Assembly: GCA_963817915.1 (NCBI GenBank) | Contig: CAWFQL010000017.1 | Span: 288,001-352,000 of the forward strand | Length of the DNA: 64,000 nt | Direction: 5' to 3' | Source of the DNA: an uncultured candidate division Zixibacteria bacterium | Lineage (GTDB): Bacteria > Zixibacteria > MSB-5A5 > UBA10806 | Part shown: one piece after another, positions 41,157 to 50,742 of the stretch | Layout: every line of letters begins with the position of its first letter | Position numbering within the stretch: position 1 is the first letter of the stretch | The notes under the pieces: model-generated | What the model was told of the DNA's origin: nothing | The model's database searches: none | The model's input: only the letters and a program-made list of their open reading frames with translations | Translations under genes and position numbers: made by a program

Positions 41157-44100
41157 ATGTATTTATCCAATACTTCCATCAAACGGCCCGTATTCACCAC
41201 CATGGTCATATTGGCCCTGGTCGTCTTAGGCGTTGCTTCATACAACTTGATGAGCGTCGATCTGATGCCTGACGTCGATTTTCCATTTGTTGTCGTTACC
41301 ATAGTATATCCGGGCGCTGGACCAGAAGCTGTCGCAAATGATGTCACGAAAAAAGTCGAGGACGCTGTCAATCCTATCAATGGAGTCAAGCATGTCACTT
41401 CGAACTCCATGGAAGGCTTCTCACAGGTCATGATCGAATTTTCACTGGAGACAAAATCACTCGATGCCGGGCAGGAAGTGCGCGAAAAGGTAGCCACAAT
41501 CCGCGCCGATTTGCCCAGAGATATCGAAGCTCCAGTTATTCAGCGATTCGATCCCGCCAGCCAGCCCATTCTTTCGCTCGTAATGGCCAGCCCCCGTTCT
41601 TCGAAGGAATTGACTTCCATTGCAAAAAATATTTTAAAAAAGCGATTGGAATCGATCGAAGGAGTCGGCGCGGTTCAAATCATCGGCGGCAGTGAACGTG
41701 AATTCCAAGTCTTCCTCGATCTGGATGCGCTTAATGCTCGCCAGCTTACTTTCAATGAGGTTTCCAATGCCATCGCCGCCTCAAATTTCGAACTACCTGC
41801 CGGGCGTTTGGATCAAGGCCCCACAGAGATGCTGGTTCGTACAATGGGCCGGTTCCAGACAGTTAATGATATAAAAAATGTAGTCGTTAAAAATACTGAG
41901 GGAAAGGTAATTCGTCTCAGCGATATCGCCTCTGTAGCTGACACTATCAAAGAACAGCGCAGTATATCGCGCTATAATGGCAAAGAAGCGGTTACCCTTC
42001 AGATAACCAGGCAATCCGGCTCCAATACTGTCAAGGTCGCCGAAAGCATCAAAGCCCGGCTTCAGAAAATTCAAGCAGAATTGCCTGCCGATGTCAAGGT
42101 AGAGATAGCAACCGACGGCTCCGTATTTATCAGAGAATCGGTAGATGATGTTCAGGTTACTATTCTTTATGGTGGCCTCTTAGCTATAGTTTGTATATTC
42201 CTATTTCTTACCAATATACCTTCAACGGTAATATCAGCCATCGCGATTCCCACTTCAATCGTGGCCACTTTCACGGTCATGAAGGCGCTGGGATTCACTC
42301 TCAATCTAATCACTTTGATGGGACTTTCGCTGGCTGTAGGGCTTCTTATCGATGATGCCATTGTCGTAATCGAGAATATCTACCGGCATTTGGCACAAGG
42401 CGAATCATCGGAAGATGCGGCTCGAAACGGAACGTCTGAGATCGGCCTGGCCGTCATGGCAACGACCTTTTCGATTGTTGTAGTGTTTGTGCCTATTGCA
42501 TTTATGTCGGGCATCGTAGGACGATTTTTCTATCAGTTCGGTTTGACTGTCGCGTTTGCGGTGATGGTTTCGCTCTTTGTCGCGTTTACATTGACTCCAA
42601 TGCTTTCGGCCCGCTGGCTGCACAAAGAAGAAATGATTGAAAAGGGTTCTAAGAATCCCATAAAGATTATTTTGTATTATTGGAATCATGCCTTCGCAAG
42701 ATTGAGCGATTTTTATAAGATCACTCTTCGCTGGGTCCTTCATCACAGGGCCATAACTCTTACCGCCGCAATTATCGGCTTTTTAGTATCCATGTATCTG
42801 GCAAAATATCTTGGAAGTACATTTACGCCTGACCAGGATAGATCGGAGCTCTATGTGTCCTTTGAGACTCGCCCCGGTTCGAGTATCGATAGAACCTCTC
42901 AGTTAGCCCAGGAACTCGAGCGCAAAATTGCGTCGCACAAGGATGTAGTTTATGCCCAGCTACTAACGGTCGGCGGTGAGAACATTCCAGTTAATCAAGG
43001 CAATATCTATGTAAAAATGGTGGAAAAAAACAAAAGAGATATTTCGGTTTTCAAATTCGTTACGATTCTGCGCAAGGAGTTGGCCGATATACCCGGGATG
43101 ACACTTAATATCAGCTTGGAACAGGGCCATGGTGGAGAAATGGCTGTAGAATATTCTGTCTGTGGACCTGATTACGATAAGTTGATTGTCCTTGCCGATA
43201 AAGTGGAAAAAACAATAAAAAATGCCCCCGGCGCGGTAGATGTTGAAAATAGCGAAAAGCAGGCGCGGCCGGAGCTTCGAATAGCAATTGATCGCGATGT
43301 TGCCGATGATGCCGGCTTGAATTTGGCGGCAATAGGAACAACAGTGAGAAGCATGGTTGATGGCGCTGATGTCAGTCGTTTTAAAGAGGGCGAAGAGGAA
43401 TATTATATCAACGTAAGGTTAGCCCCCAAGTTCAGAACCGATATCGATAATTTGAATAATATCTTTATTCCGTCCTTCAAGAAAGTTGCGGGCAATGATT
43501 ATAGTGTTCCATTAAGACAAGTGGCTCAAATATATGAAGCCAGCGCTCCCCAACAGATAAATCGTTATGACCGCCAGAGAGAAATAAAAATCGGCTCCAA
43601 CGTAGGTGAAGGATTCAGCATGGGCGATATAACCAAGCACCTCGAAAGCAAAAGGGCTGAGCTTAATATACCGACAGGATACAGCGTCCAGACATCGGGT
43701 ATGACTCAGATTCAAGAGGAATCCTTTACCAGCATTTTCACCGCGCTCGCGCTGGCAATCATCTTCATATATATCCTGTTGGCGTCACAATTTGAATCCT
43801 TTGTCGATCCTTTTTCGATGGGAATGTCTCTCTTGATGGCTCCGGTCGGCGCCATTTTGGCGTTGCTCTTATTCGGTTCTCCGCTCTCGATAATGTCTTT
43901 GATAGGAATGGTGCTTCTTATGGGACTTGTGACTAAAAACGCCATCCTGCTTGTCGACTTTATAAAGCAGGCGCGGCGTAGAGGAGTTGAAAGGGAAGAG
44001 GCAATCTTACAGGCAGGACCGATCAGGCTGCGCCCGATCATGATGACTTCTCTCGCCATGATCTTCGCCATGACACCGCTCGCCTTTGCTATCGGTCCGG

Positions 44101-44249
44101 GAGCCGAAATGCGTGCGCCGATGGCGCAGGCAGTCATTGGTGGCCTGGTATCGTCAACTATGCTGACATTGATTGTTGTGCCTATCGTATATACTCTACT
44201 CGATGATTTAGTCGTGGCTCTTTCGGGAAAAGGCAAAAGTAAAAAGTAA
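41157..44249 (+). CDS. RND efflux permease (AcrB/AcrD/AcrF family)
   Basis: [47 protein letters not shown]. Confidence 0.93.
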   Translation: MYLSNTSIKRPVFTTMVILALVVLGVASYNLMSVDLMPDVDFPFVVVTIVYPGAGPEAVANDVTKKVEDAVNPINGVKHVTSNSMEGFSQVMIEFSLETKSLDAGQEVREKVATIRADLPRDIEAPVIQRFDPASQPILSLVMASPRSSKELTSIAKNILKKRLESIEGVGAVQIIGGSEREFQVFLDLDALNARQLTFNEVSNAIAASNFELPAGRLDQGPTEMLVRTMGRFQTVNDIKNVVVKNTEGKVIRLSDIASVADTIKEQRSISRYNGKEAVTLQITRQSGSNTVKVAESIKARLQKIQAELPADVKVEIATDGSVFIRESVDDVQVTILYGGLLAIVCIFLFLTNIPSTVISAIAIPTSIVATFTVMKALGFTLNLITLMGLSLAVGLLIDDAIVVIENIYRHLAQGESSEDAARNGTSEIGLAVMATTFSIVVVFVPIAFMSGIVGRFFYQFGLTVAFAVMVSLFVAFTLTPMLSARWLHKEEMIEKGSKNPIKIILYYWNHAFARLSDFYKITLRWVLHHRAITLTAAIIGFLVSMYLAKYLGSTFTPDQDRSELYVSFETRPGSSIDRTSQLAQELERKIASHKDVVYAQLLTVGGENIPVNQGNIYVKMVEKNKRDISVFKFVTILRKELADIPGMTLNISLEQGHGGEMAVEYSVCGPDYDKLIVLADKVEKTIKNAPGAVDVENSEKQARPELRIAIDRDVADDAGLNLAAIGTTVRSMVDGADVSRFKEGEEEYYINVRLAPKFRTDIDNLNNIFIPSFKKVAGNDYSVPLRQVAQIYEASAPQQINRYDRQREIKIGSNVGEGFSMGDITKHLESKRAELNIPTGYSVQTSGMTQIQEESFTSIFTALALAIIFIYILLASQFESFVDPFSMGMSLLMAPVGAILALLLFGSPLSIMSLIGMVLLMGLVTKNAILLVDFIKQARRRGVEREEAILQAGPIRLRPIMMTSLAMIFAMTPLAFAIGPGAEMRAPMAQAVIGGLVSSTMLTLIVVPIVYTLLDDLVVALSGKGKSKK

Positions 44250-44296
44250 GGAGACGCCGCAAATAGCAATAAGGGAACGCGGCGACTAAGCGGGGC

Positions 44297-45930
44297 ATGA
44301 AAATGCGACCAGTAGATTTCAAAGAACTTGCCGGTTCCACCCGGCTATTCATTGATTTTATTGATTGCAACAAGCAAGGATTAGGTCTTTTTGATTGCGA
44401 TTTCAGATCGATCGAATCTTATAAAAAAGCGGCTGTAGAGATTGATAAAAATTCCTACAGCCGTAATCTTTTGGTTTCCAGCATCGAAGCCGCGACATCT
44501 TCCATACATCTTTCGAATAAAACCAGAGACAATATAAAAAGGCTTTCTCAGCCCGATTCGCTTATCGTATTTGCCGGACAGCAGGTAGGCATGCTCCTGG
44601 GGCCGATGTATACAATGTATAAGGCATTGACAGCCTATAAACTGGCGAAATGGCTGGAATCAGAATTGCATCGTCCAGTTATACCCTGCTTTTGGATGGC
44701 AACAGACGATCATGATTTTGATGAAATAAAAAGCTCGAATTTCCTGAGTAGAGATGGCGATATTAATATATCGACCTATTCTCCATCCGTCCCCAAACCC
44801 GGTCTACCGATTGCTGAACTTAAAATTGATGATGGAATCCAGGGCTTTTTGCAGTCTATCAAAGAGAATTTGATCGAGACCGAATTTACCGGCCAAATCG
44901 TCAAATTGATCGAGGAATTTTATACTCCGGATAGGACATTGGTCGACTCATTCACCCTGCTTTTTGATCGATTGCTCGGCGATTACGGAATTGTCCCGGT
45001 CGATCCCAATTATCCTGGCATGAAAAAACTAATGGCCCCGGTATTTCAATCCGAAATCGAGAATCATAAAGAAGCGTTCGATCTCTTTGAAAGTAAATCC
45101 AGCGAGCTGCTGAAAGCCGGTTACCATAGGCAGGTTCACAAAACAGGTTCGACTCTTAATCTTTTTTACTTCGATGGCATCCGCCGCAATATCGTTTTTG
45201 CGGATGGTAAATTTCAGCTGGACGGGCATTCGGAAAAATTCGACAAAAATCGATTGCTGGAAATGCTGGCCTCGTCACCAGAGAAATTTTCTCCCAATGT
45301 CCTGCTTCGCCCCATAGCGCAATGCTGCGCGTTTCCTACCATAGCGCAAATTGTTGGGCCATCTGAGGCGGCTTATTTTGCCCAGATTGAGCCCCTATAT
45401 CGGTTCTATAATATTCCGCTGCCGGTTGTCAGGCCGAGAATCTTCGCCTCGTTTGTAGAGCCCCATATTTCAAAAGTAATGAAAAAACTATCTATTGATT
45501 TTGCTTCGTTGCATAATGATCGAGAACATGAAATCAGCAGAGTGATCGAGGATAATTTTCTTACCGATCTGCAGGGTGATATCGAATCGTGAAAACTCGG
45601 ATTGAGCAAGCATTCGATGATTTCGCCAGGCCTCTGGAAAATACTGATAAAGAAAGCTTTCAGGTAATTGATCGTCATAAAAAGAAAATAGATTACGAGT
45701 TGAATCATATGACTGAAAGACTGCTCGCCACTCACAAAAAAAGACATGATATGGTCAGGGGACAAATAGGCCGAACAGCATCATTCCTTTTTCCTGAAGG
45801 TAATTTTCAGGAGAGAGTACTTTCACCGATTTATTTCGTAAACAAATTCGGGCCGAATATTTTCCAAAATATGGAAATTGAACTTGATTTAAATTCATTT
45901 GGCCACCAACTGATCGAGGTTGAGCCGTGA
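44297..45930 (+). CDS. bshC: Bacillithiol cysteine-adding enzyme BshC (split at ~45589)
   Basis: AGQQVG..GP.YT.YKA, FWMATDDHDFDE, FSPNVLLRP, GPSEAAYFAQ; C-terminal LFPEGNFQER in ORF 45589-45930. Confidence 0.88.
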
Positions 45931-47051
45931 AAGTCGGTATTGTGTGCTATCCGGTGAAGGGCGGCTCCGGCGTTGTCGCGTCGGAGCTTGGACTGGCGCT
46001 ATCAACAATGGGAGTGGAGGTGCATTTCTTTTCTTACGCGCTGCCGTTTAGATTAACAGGATTTGACTCCAAATTTATTTTTCATGAAGTCGAAGTATCC
46101 CAATATCCATTATTTAAGCATCCTCCTTACACACTTACCCTGGCTTCAAGGCTGGCCGAGGAATCCAAGCGAAATGGTCTTGATATCATTCATGTGCACT
46201 ATGCGATCCCCCATGCTATAAGCGGCTATATCGCCAAGCAAATACTCGGCACGAAAAAGCCTAAACTCATTACGACCCTCCATGGAACCGATATTACTTT
46301 GATCGGTCTTGATCCTTCATTTTTCGCGGTCACCAAATTTTCCATGGAATCATCCGATGCCTTAACAACGGTCAGCAAATATATTCATGATAAAACTTAT
46401 TCGTCGTTCGGGATAAAGAAGCCAATCAAGGTTATTCCGAATTTTGTTGATAATGACCGTTTTAAACCGAACCAGGCAGGATGCGATCGGTCGATATTCG
46501 CTCTGCCGAATGAAAAAATTATCATGCATTTATCCAATTATAGGTCTGTCAAGAATTCCAGGGACGTTGTTCGGATATTCAAAATTGTAAATGAAAAAAT
46601 GCCATCAAAATTAGTTCTCGTTGGGGATGGACCTGATGCGCCCAACGTTATGTCATTGGCCAATGATATGGGAATAGGAGATAGAACAATATTTCTGGGC
46701 GCGCAGGACGCTGTCGAATCGATTCTTTGCAAGGCTGATCTGTTTCTGCTGCCATCGGCTTCAGAAGCTTTCGGATTGGCGGCGCTGGAAGCATTGGCTT
46801 GCGGAGTACCGGTGGTTGGTACGATCGTTGGCGGATTACCCGAACTTATTAAGGATGGGGAAGTAGGATATCTCGAGCCGGTCGGCGATTATGAAGCGAT
46901 GGCGAGACGATCATTGGAGATTTTATCAAATGACGGACTTCATGCAAAGATGTCTAAAAACGCAAGGACTTTAACGGTTGAAAAATATGACACAAAAGAT
47001 ATCGTCAAGCAATATTATAAATATTATCAAGAGGTGCTAAATGAAGCTTGA
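45927..47051 (+). CDS. bshA: N-acetyl-alpha-D-glucosaminyl L-malate synthase
   Basis: CYP..GGSGVVASELG, YPLF..PPY, HVHYAIPHA, TTLHGTDIT, SNYRSVK, EAFGLAALEA. Confidence 0.92.
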   Translation: MKVGIVCYPVKGGSGVVASELGLALSTMGVEVHFFSYALPFRLTGFDSKFIFHEVEVSQYPLFKHPPYTLTLASRLAEESKRNGLDIIHVHYAIPHAISGYIAKQILGTKKPKLITTLHGTDITLIGLDPSFFAVTKFSMESSDALTTVSKYIHDKTYSSFGIKKPIKVIPNFVDNDRFKPNQAGCDRSIFALPNEKIIMHLSNYRSVKNSRDVVRIFKIVNEKMPSKLVLVGDGPDAPNVMSLANDMGIGDRTIFLGAQDAVESILCKADLFLLPSASEAFGLAALEALACGVPVVGTIVGGLPELIKDGEVGYLEPVGDYEAMARRSLEILSNDGLHAKMSKNARTLTVEKYDTKDIVKQYYKYYQEVLNEA

Positions 47052-47751
47052 TGTCTTAGCCATTGCGGCTCATCGCGATGATACCGAAATTGTCAGCGGC
47101 GGGACTATAATAAAAATGGTCGACCTGGGGTATTCTGTCGGCATTCTTGATCTAACCGCGGGCGAGGCTGGTTCTCGCGGCGATGCCAATACCCGCGCCG
47201 AAGAATCTGCCAATGCAACAAAGATCATGGGCCTGCAATATCGCTATAACCTCCAGTTGCCCGACGCCGGGTTATTTCTTACTCAGGAAAACGCTCTCAA
47301 GGTCGCGATGATTATCCGTGAAACCAGACCCGAAATGGTAATCTTGCCATATTGGAAGCAAAGACATCCAGATCATTCAACAGCAGGCGATATAGGATAT
47401 CGAGGATGCTTTTTGGCAGGGCTTTCAAAAATGCGAATCCCGGGCGATGCTTATAGGCCCCGGAAAATCATTTATTCGACTTCATTCACCGAAACCGAAC
47501 ATGCGTTCATTGTCGATATCACCGAACAATACAAACGAAAATGCGAAGCCGTAGCCTGCTATAAAACTCAATTCGAAGAAAAACCCGGCCAGCGGGAAGT
47601 ATACCCACCTGCCCGCGATATTTTCGATTACATGGAAATCCGTAATAGACAGTATGGATATATGATTGGTGTTCGTTATGGCGAGGCCTTCATTCAGAAG
47701 GAAATGCTATCCGTCGAAGACCCGCTAAAATTGCCCGGCAAATCGATATAG
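47041..47751 (+). CDS. bshB1: Bacillithiol biosynthesis deacetylase
   Basis: AAHRDD.E, DLTAGEAGSRG, RHPDH, FLAGL, VDIT, YGEAF; follows bshA. Confidence 0.9.
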   Translation: MKLDVLAIAAHRDDTEIVSGGTIIKMVDLGYSVGILDLTAGEAGSRGDANTRAEESANATKIMGLQYRYNLQLPDAGLFLTQENALKVAMIIRETRPEMVILPYWKQRHPDHSTAGDIGYRGCFLAGLSKMRIPGDAYRPRKIIYSTSFTETEHAFIVDITEQYKRKCEAVACYKTQFEEKPGQREVYPPARDIFDYMEIRNRQYGYMIGVRYGEAFIQKEMLSVEDPLKLPGKSI

Positions 47752-47773
47752 AATTTAGTGATTTATATTATGC

Positions 47774-47797
47774 AGAGACTTGCGTTCGCAAGTCTCT
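47774..47797. terminator. Perfect hairpin between convergent genes (probable bidirectional terminator)
   Basis: AGAGACTTGC-GTTC-GCAAGTCTCT. Confidence 0.65.
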
Positions 47798-49463
47798 ATG
47801 CTGTTTTCTTTTTTCTCAATAACAGCGATCGGCTTGGATCGCGGGTTTCGCCCGCCGATGTGATATAGACTCCCGGTTTCCCGGAGACCGGACAAACATT
47901 TTCGCAAACGCCGCAGCCGGTGCATTTGTCAGGATCAATATGCGGCAATTTTATTTTAGTCATGTTGCCGTTTCTATCCTTGATCTCGGTCTCTTCCAAC
48001 CAGATAGCTTTGGGAGATGTTGGACACCATTCCTCGCAGACTATACATGGCACTCCCATTGCCCAGGGCAGACATCGACCCTTATCATAAAATGCGGTCC
48101 CGATCTTCGTGGCCGGATTATTTTGATCGCCGATTTTAGTTTTGACATCGATATTTGCAATCGCCCCGGTCGGACAGGTATTGCCGCAAAGCACGCAATA
48201 ATGCTCACAATATCCTATTCTGGCAATCAATACAGGCGTGAAAATGCCTTCCCAGCCGGTTTCGAGTAGGGCGGGATGCAACGCATTATTAGGACATATC
48301 TTCATGCATTGGCCGCAACGAATGCATCGCTTCAGAAAATCCTCTTCTATCAAGGAGCCCGGCGGCCTGATAAATGACTCATCGCTTACGAATTTTTCGC
48401 TTGATCTTAAAATCGGATATGTGATAACCCCCGCAACGCTGGCGATAACTGCTCGGCGAGTTGTCAGATCAGGAATAGCTTTATATTGATCAGTCTTAGC
48501 CTGAAATCTAAATGAAATGACATTTTCGGGACAGATCGCCTGGCAATTCAGACACATATGACATTCAGCTCTGCGGTGAGGAACTAATCCCTGAGGATCA
48601 TCGCCCCCCTGGCAATTCAAAAGACAAAGATTACATTCTGTGCATTTATCATTATCCTTATGAAGTCCAAATATCGAATAACGGCTTAGTAGCCCCAACG
48701 TCGCCCCCAACGGACACAGGCCTCTGCACCAGAATCGGGTGAAGACGCGATTGGCAGCTAAAATCGCCGCGAACATAATAGCCAACCAGAAAACTCCCTG
48801 GAAATGCGGCTGCTTAAAATAAATTATCGTGCCCGATCCAAGTGCATATATGCCTTTGCCGATCAGAGCCAGAATCTGAAAATGCGAGTTGCTCAACTGA
48901 TTTGCCAGGCTGCTCAACCCGTAATTGAATGCCGGAATCAGCACCAATCCAATTGACCTGCCTGCAATTGTAATTGGGTCCAGCAATCCTGTTTGCAGCG
49001 AACCCATTAAGGCGAGGGCAATCAGCCCTAAAAGCAGATAATATTTCCAAGCCTGATACTTATGATATTTATTGGATTCGATAAGTTTTTTGCCGCGACG
49101 GCTTTCTCTTTCCGAGGAAAAACTCGAAAACAATTGATTGATTGTGCCGAGCGGGCAAATCCAGCCGCAAAAAAATCTACCGAAGAAGATTGTCGCGATT
49201 ATTATAAATAGAGATAATAAAATCGAGCCATAAACTATCCGCGATGACAGACCGGTAGCAATCCCGGTAAGGGGATCAATATTAAAAAAGAGATTTAGCC
49301 ACGGAGATATGGTTGTCGCAATTTCGGGGTTCTTAAACGATGTGAATGAAAATTCGGTCAAATACAGAAGGACTATAAAAAATGATAGAAATATACCTTG
49401 GATAATTCTACGTAATGATCTGATGCGCTTGATAGTCTGAGTTGGATATTGCTCGCTTGGCAC
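47796..49463 (-). CDS. Membrane polyferredoxin (NapH/MauN-like fused to a NapG/MauM-like 4Fe-4S domain)
   Basis: GRFFCGWICPLG and RFWCRGLCPLG motifs, TM helices, IRPPG..EEDF..RCIRCGQC..ICP, several CxxCxxCxxxCP. Confidence 0.85.
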   Translation of the reverse strand: MPSEQYPTQTIKRIRSLRRIIQGIFLSFFIVLLYLTEFSFTSFKNPEIATTISPWLNLFFNIDPLTGIATGLSSRIVYGSILLSLFIIIATIFFGRFFCGWICPLGTINQLFSSFSSERESRRGKKLIESNKYHKYQAWKYYLLLGLIALALMGSLQTGLLDPITIAGRSIGLVLIPAFNYGLSSLANQLSNSHFQILALIGKGIYALGSGTIIYFKQPHFQGVFWLAIMFAAILAANRVFTRFWCRGLCPLGATLGLLSRYSIFGLHKDNDKCTECNLCLLNCQGGDDPQGLVPHRRAECHMCLNCQAICPENVISFRFQAKTDQYKAIPDLTTRRAVIASVAGVITYPILRSSEKFVSDESFIRPPGSLIEEDFLKRCIRCGQCMKICPNNALHPALLETGWEGIFTPVLIARIGYCEHYCVLCGNTCPTGAIANIDVKTKIGDQNNPATKIGTAFYDKGRCLPWAMGVPCIVCEEWCPTSPKAIWLEETEIKDRNGNMTKIKLPHIDPDKCTGCGVCENVCPVSGKPGVYITSAGETRDPSRSLLLRKKKTA

Positions 49464-50435
49464 TTATGAAAGTTCCTTTTCTGTCAGGCTATATCCGCTT
49501 AATTTCCCCAAGCCTCGTTTTTCACCCATCGATAAATATTCAAGGTCCTCCGGCTTTAATTTCAAAAATTTGCTCGAATATGAATCCGCGGCTACTTGAT
49601 CTGTTGATGCTATTACCGTATCGTGAATTTCGACATCCGATGGACTTCCACCAACCGGGCCATTCCGCATCATCACTCGAGTCGCGTCGACTACTATCAA
49701 CGATGGGCGGAAGAAATCAGATAAATCGACAATCGATGTGTCGATCTGTTGATGAAGCTTATTGCGCGCGCCCCCCAGAACACCAAACCAGTTTTTCATC
49801 CCGATAGTCGCTTTCGACATGCCATGGTGTTTGACTACCGGCATATTGATTAGCTTATCGCATTCGACAAAGGGCCTCAATACCTGCCATTCACCGAGAA
49901 TCTCGCCGCCCAGGTCAATGTTGACATACATCCTATCCTCAGGCAAAATCAACTCTACTCCCAAGTCTTTCATAGCCGCCGTGATTCCAGAACGTGGAAA
50001 GCATCTGCGTGGGTCATTGCAGGAGATATCGGTAACAATGACTTTCTTGGCCCCGGCGTTTAGGCATTCCAAAGCAACCGCCTTTACCAATTCAGGGTGG
50101 GTATTGGCTCCCTGTTCGGGCGTCCTGTCCCATCCGATATTCGGCTTGATCGTGACTATGTCGCCTTTTGATATGAATCTGCCAATGCCTCCAATCAGGC
50201 CTATCGCGGCCAGCGTCGCCTTCGCGTAATCCGATGATTTTACTGACACGACATCGGGAAATCCGGTATCGACCGGAATCCTTCGATCCCCCTTATAAAT
50301 ACCCTTAGCTGTTTCAGTTGGTGTATATTCATTTTGAGCCAGGAGATAACCGCCCCCGCCGAAAACTGTGGCCATCAGAGCCGCCTTGCCGGTGAGAGTC
50401 ATAAAATCGCGTCGCTTTAGTTTGTCATCGGACAT
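49464..50435 (-). CDS. DUF362 domain protein with Tat signal
   Basis: KRRDFM twin-arginine motif; IKPNIGWDR, ANTHP, INMPVVKHH, MKNWFG, DQVAAD; AAGGAG RBS. Confidence 0.85.
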   Translation of the reverse strand: MSDDKLKRRDFMTLTGKAALMATVFGGGGYLLAQNEYTPTETAKGIYKGDRRIPVDTGFPDVVSVKSSDYAKATLAAIGLIGGIGRFISKGDIVTIKPNIGWDRTPEQGANTHPELVKAVALECLNAGAKKVIVTDISCNDPRRCFPRSGITAAMKDLGVELILPEDRMYVNIDLGGEILGEWQVLRPFVECDKLINMPVVKHHGMSKATIGMKNWFGVLGGARNKLHQQIDTSIVDLSDFFRPSLIVVDATRVMMRNGPVGGSPSDVEIHDTVIASTDQVAADSYSSKFLKLKPEDLEYLSMGEKRGLGKLSGYSLTEKELS

Positions 50436-50680
50436 CAAAGTCTCCTTTCAATGGTTAGCCCAATATCATCAAAATATCGCGGATAATCAAGGAAATGGTC
50501 GATTGATTCCCTAAATGGTTGATTCAAAAATAGCTTGTTTTTGTAGAAATGCATCCTAAATTAATGCGGTGAAGATATGAATGAAAGTAAGTCGAATTAG
50601 TTGAAGGATGGTTACAGGTAAGTTCTAAAAGAATATAGATTAAGCTGGATATTTAATTTCCGATATTTTATATTAGCCTT

Positions 50681-50706
50681 AACGGGAATGGTCCCGTTTT
50701 TGTTTT
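50681..50706 (+). terminator. Intrinsic-terminator-like hairpin in the valS 5' leader
   Basis: AACGGGA-ATGG-TCCCGTT followed by TTTGTTTT, ending ~37 nt before the valS ATG. Confidence 0.6.
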
Positions 50707-50742
50707 AGAATTATTTGAAGAGGTTTAGATAGTTTAGAAGCC

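Noticed and set aside
44255..44284. CGCCGC/GCGGCG inverted repeat between the RND gene and bshC
   Set aside because: 6-bp stem with an 18-nt loop and no U-tract; not a convincing terminator
50560..50742. T-box riboswitch upstream of valS
   Set aside because: No T-box antiterminator consensus (GGTGGnACC) or specifier-loop motifs are visible
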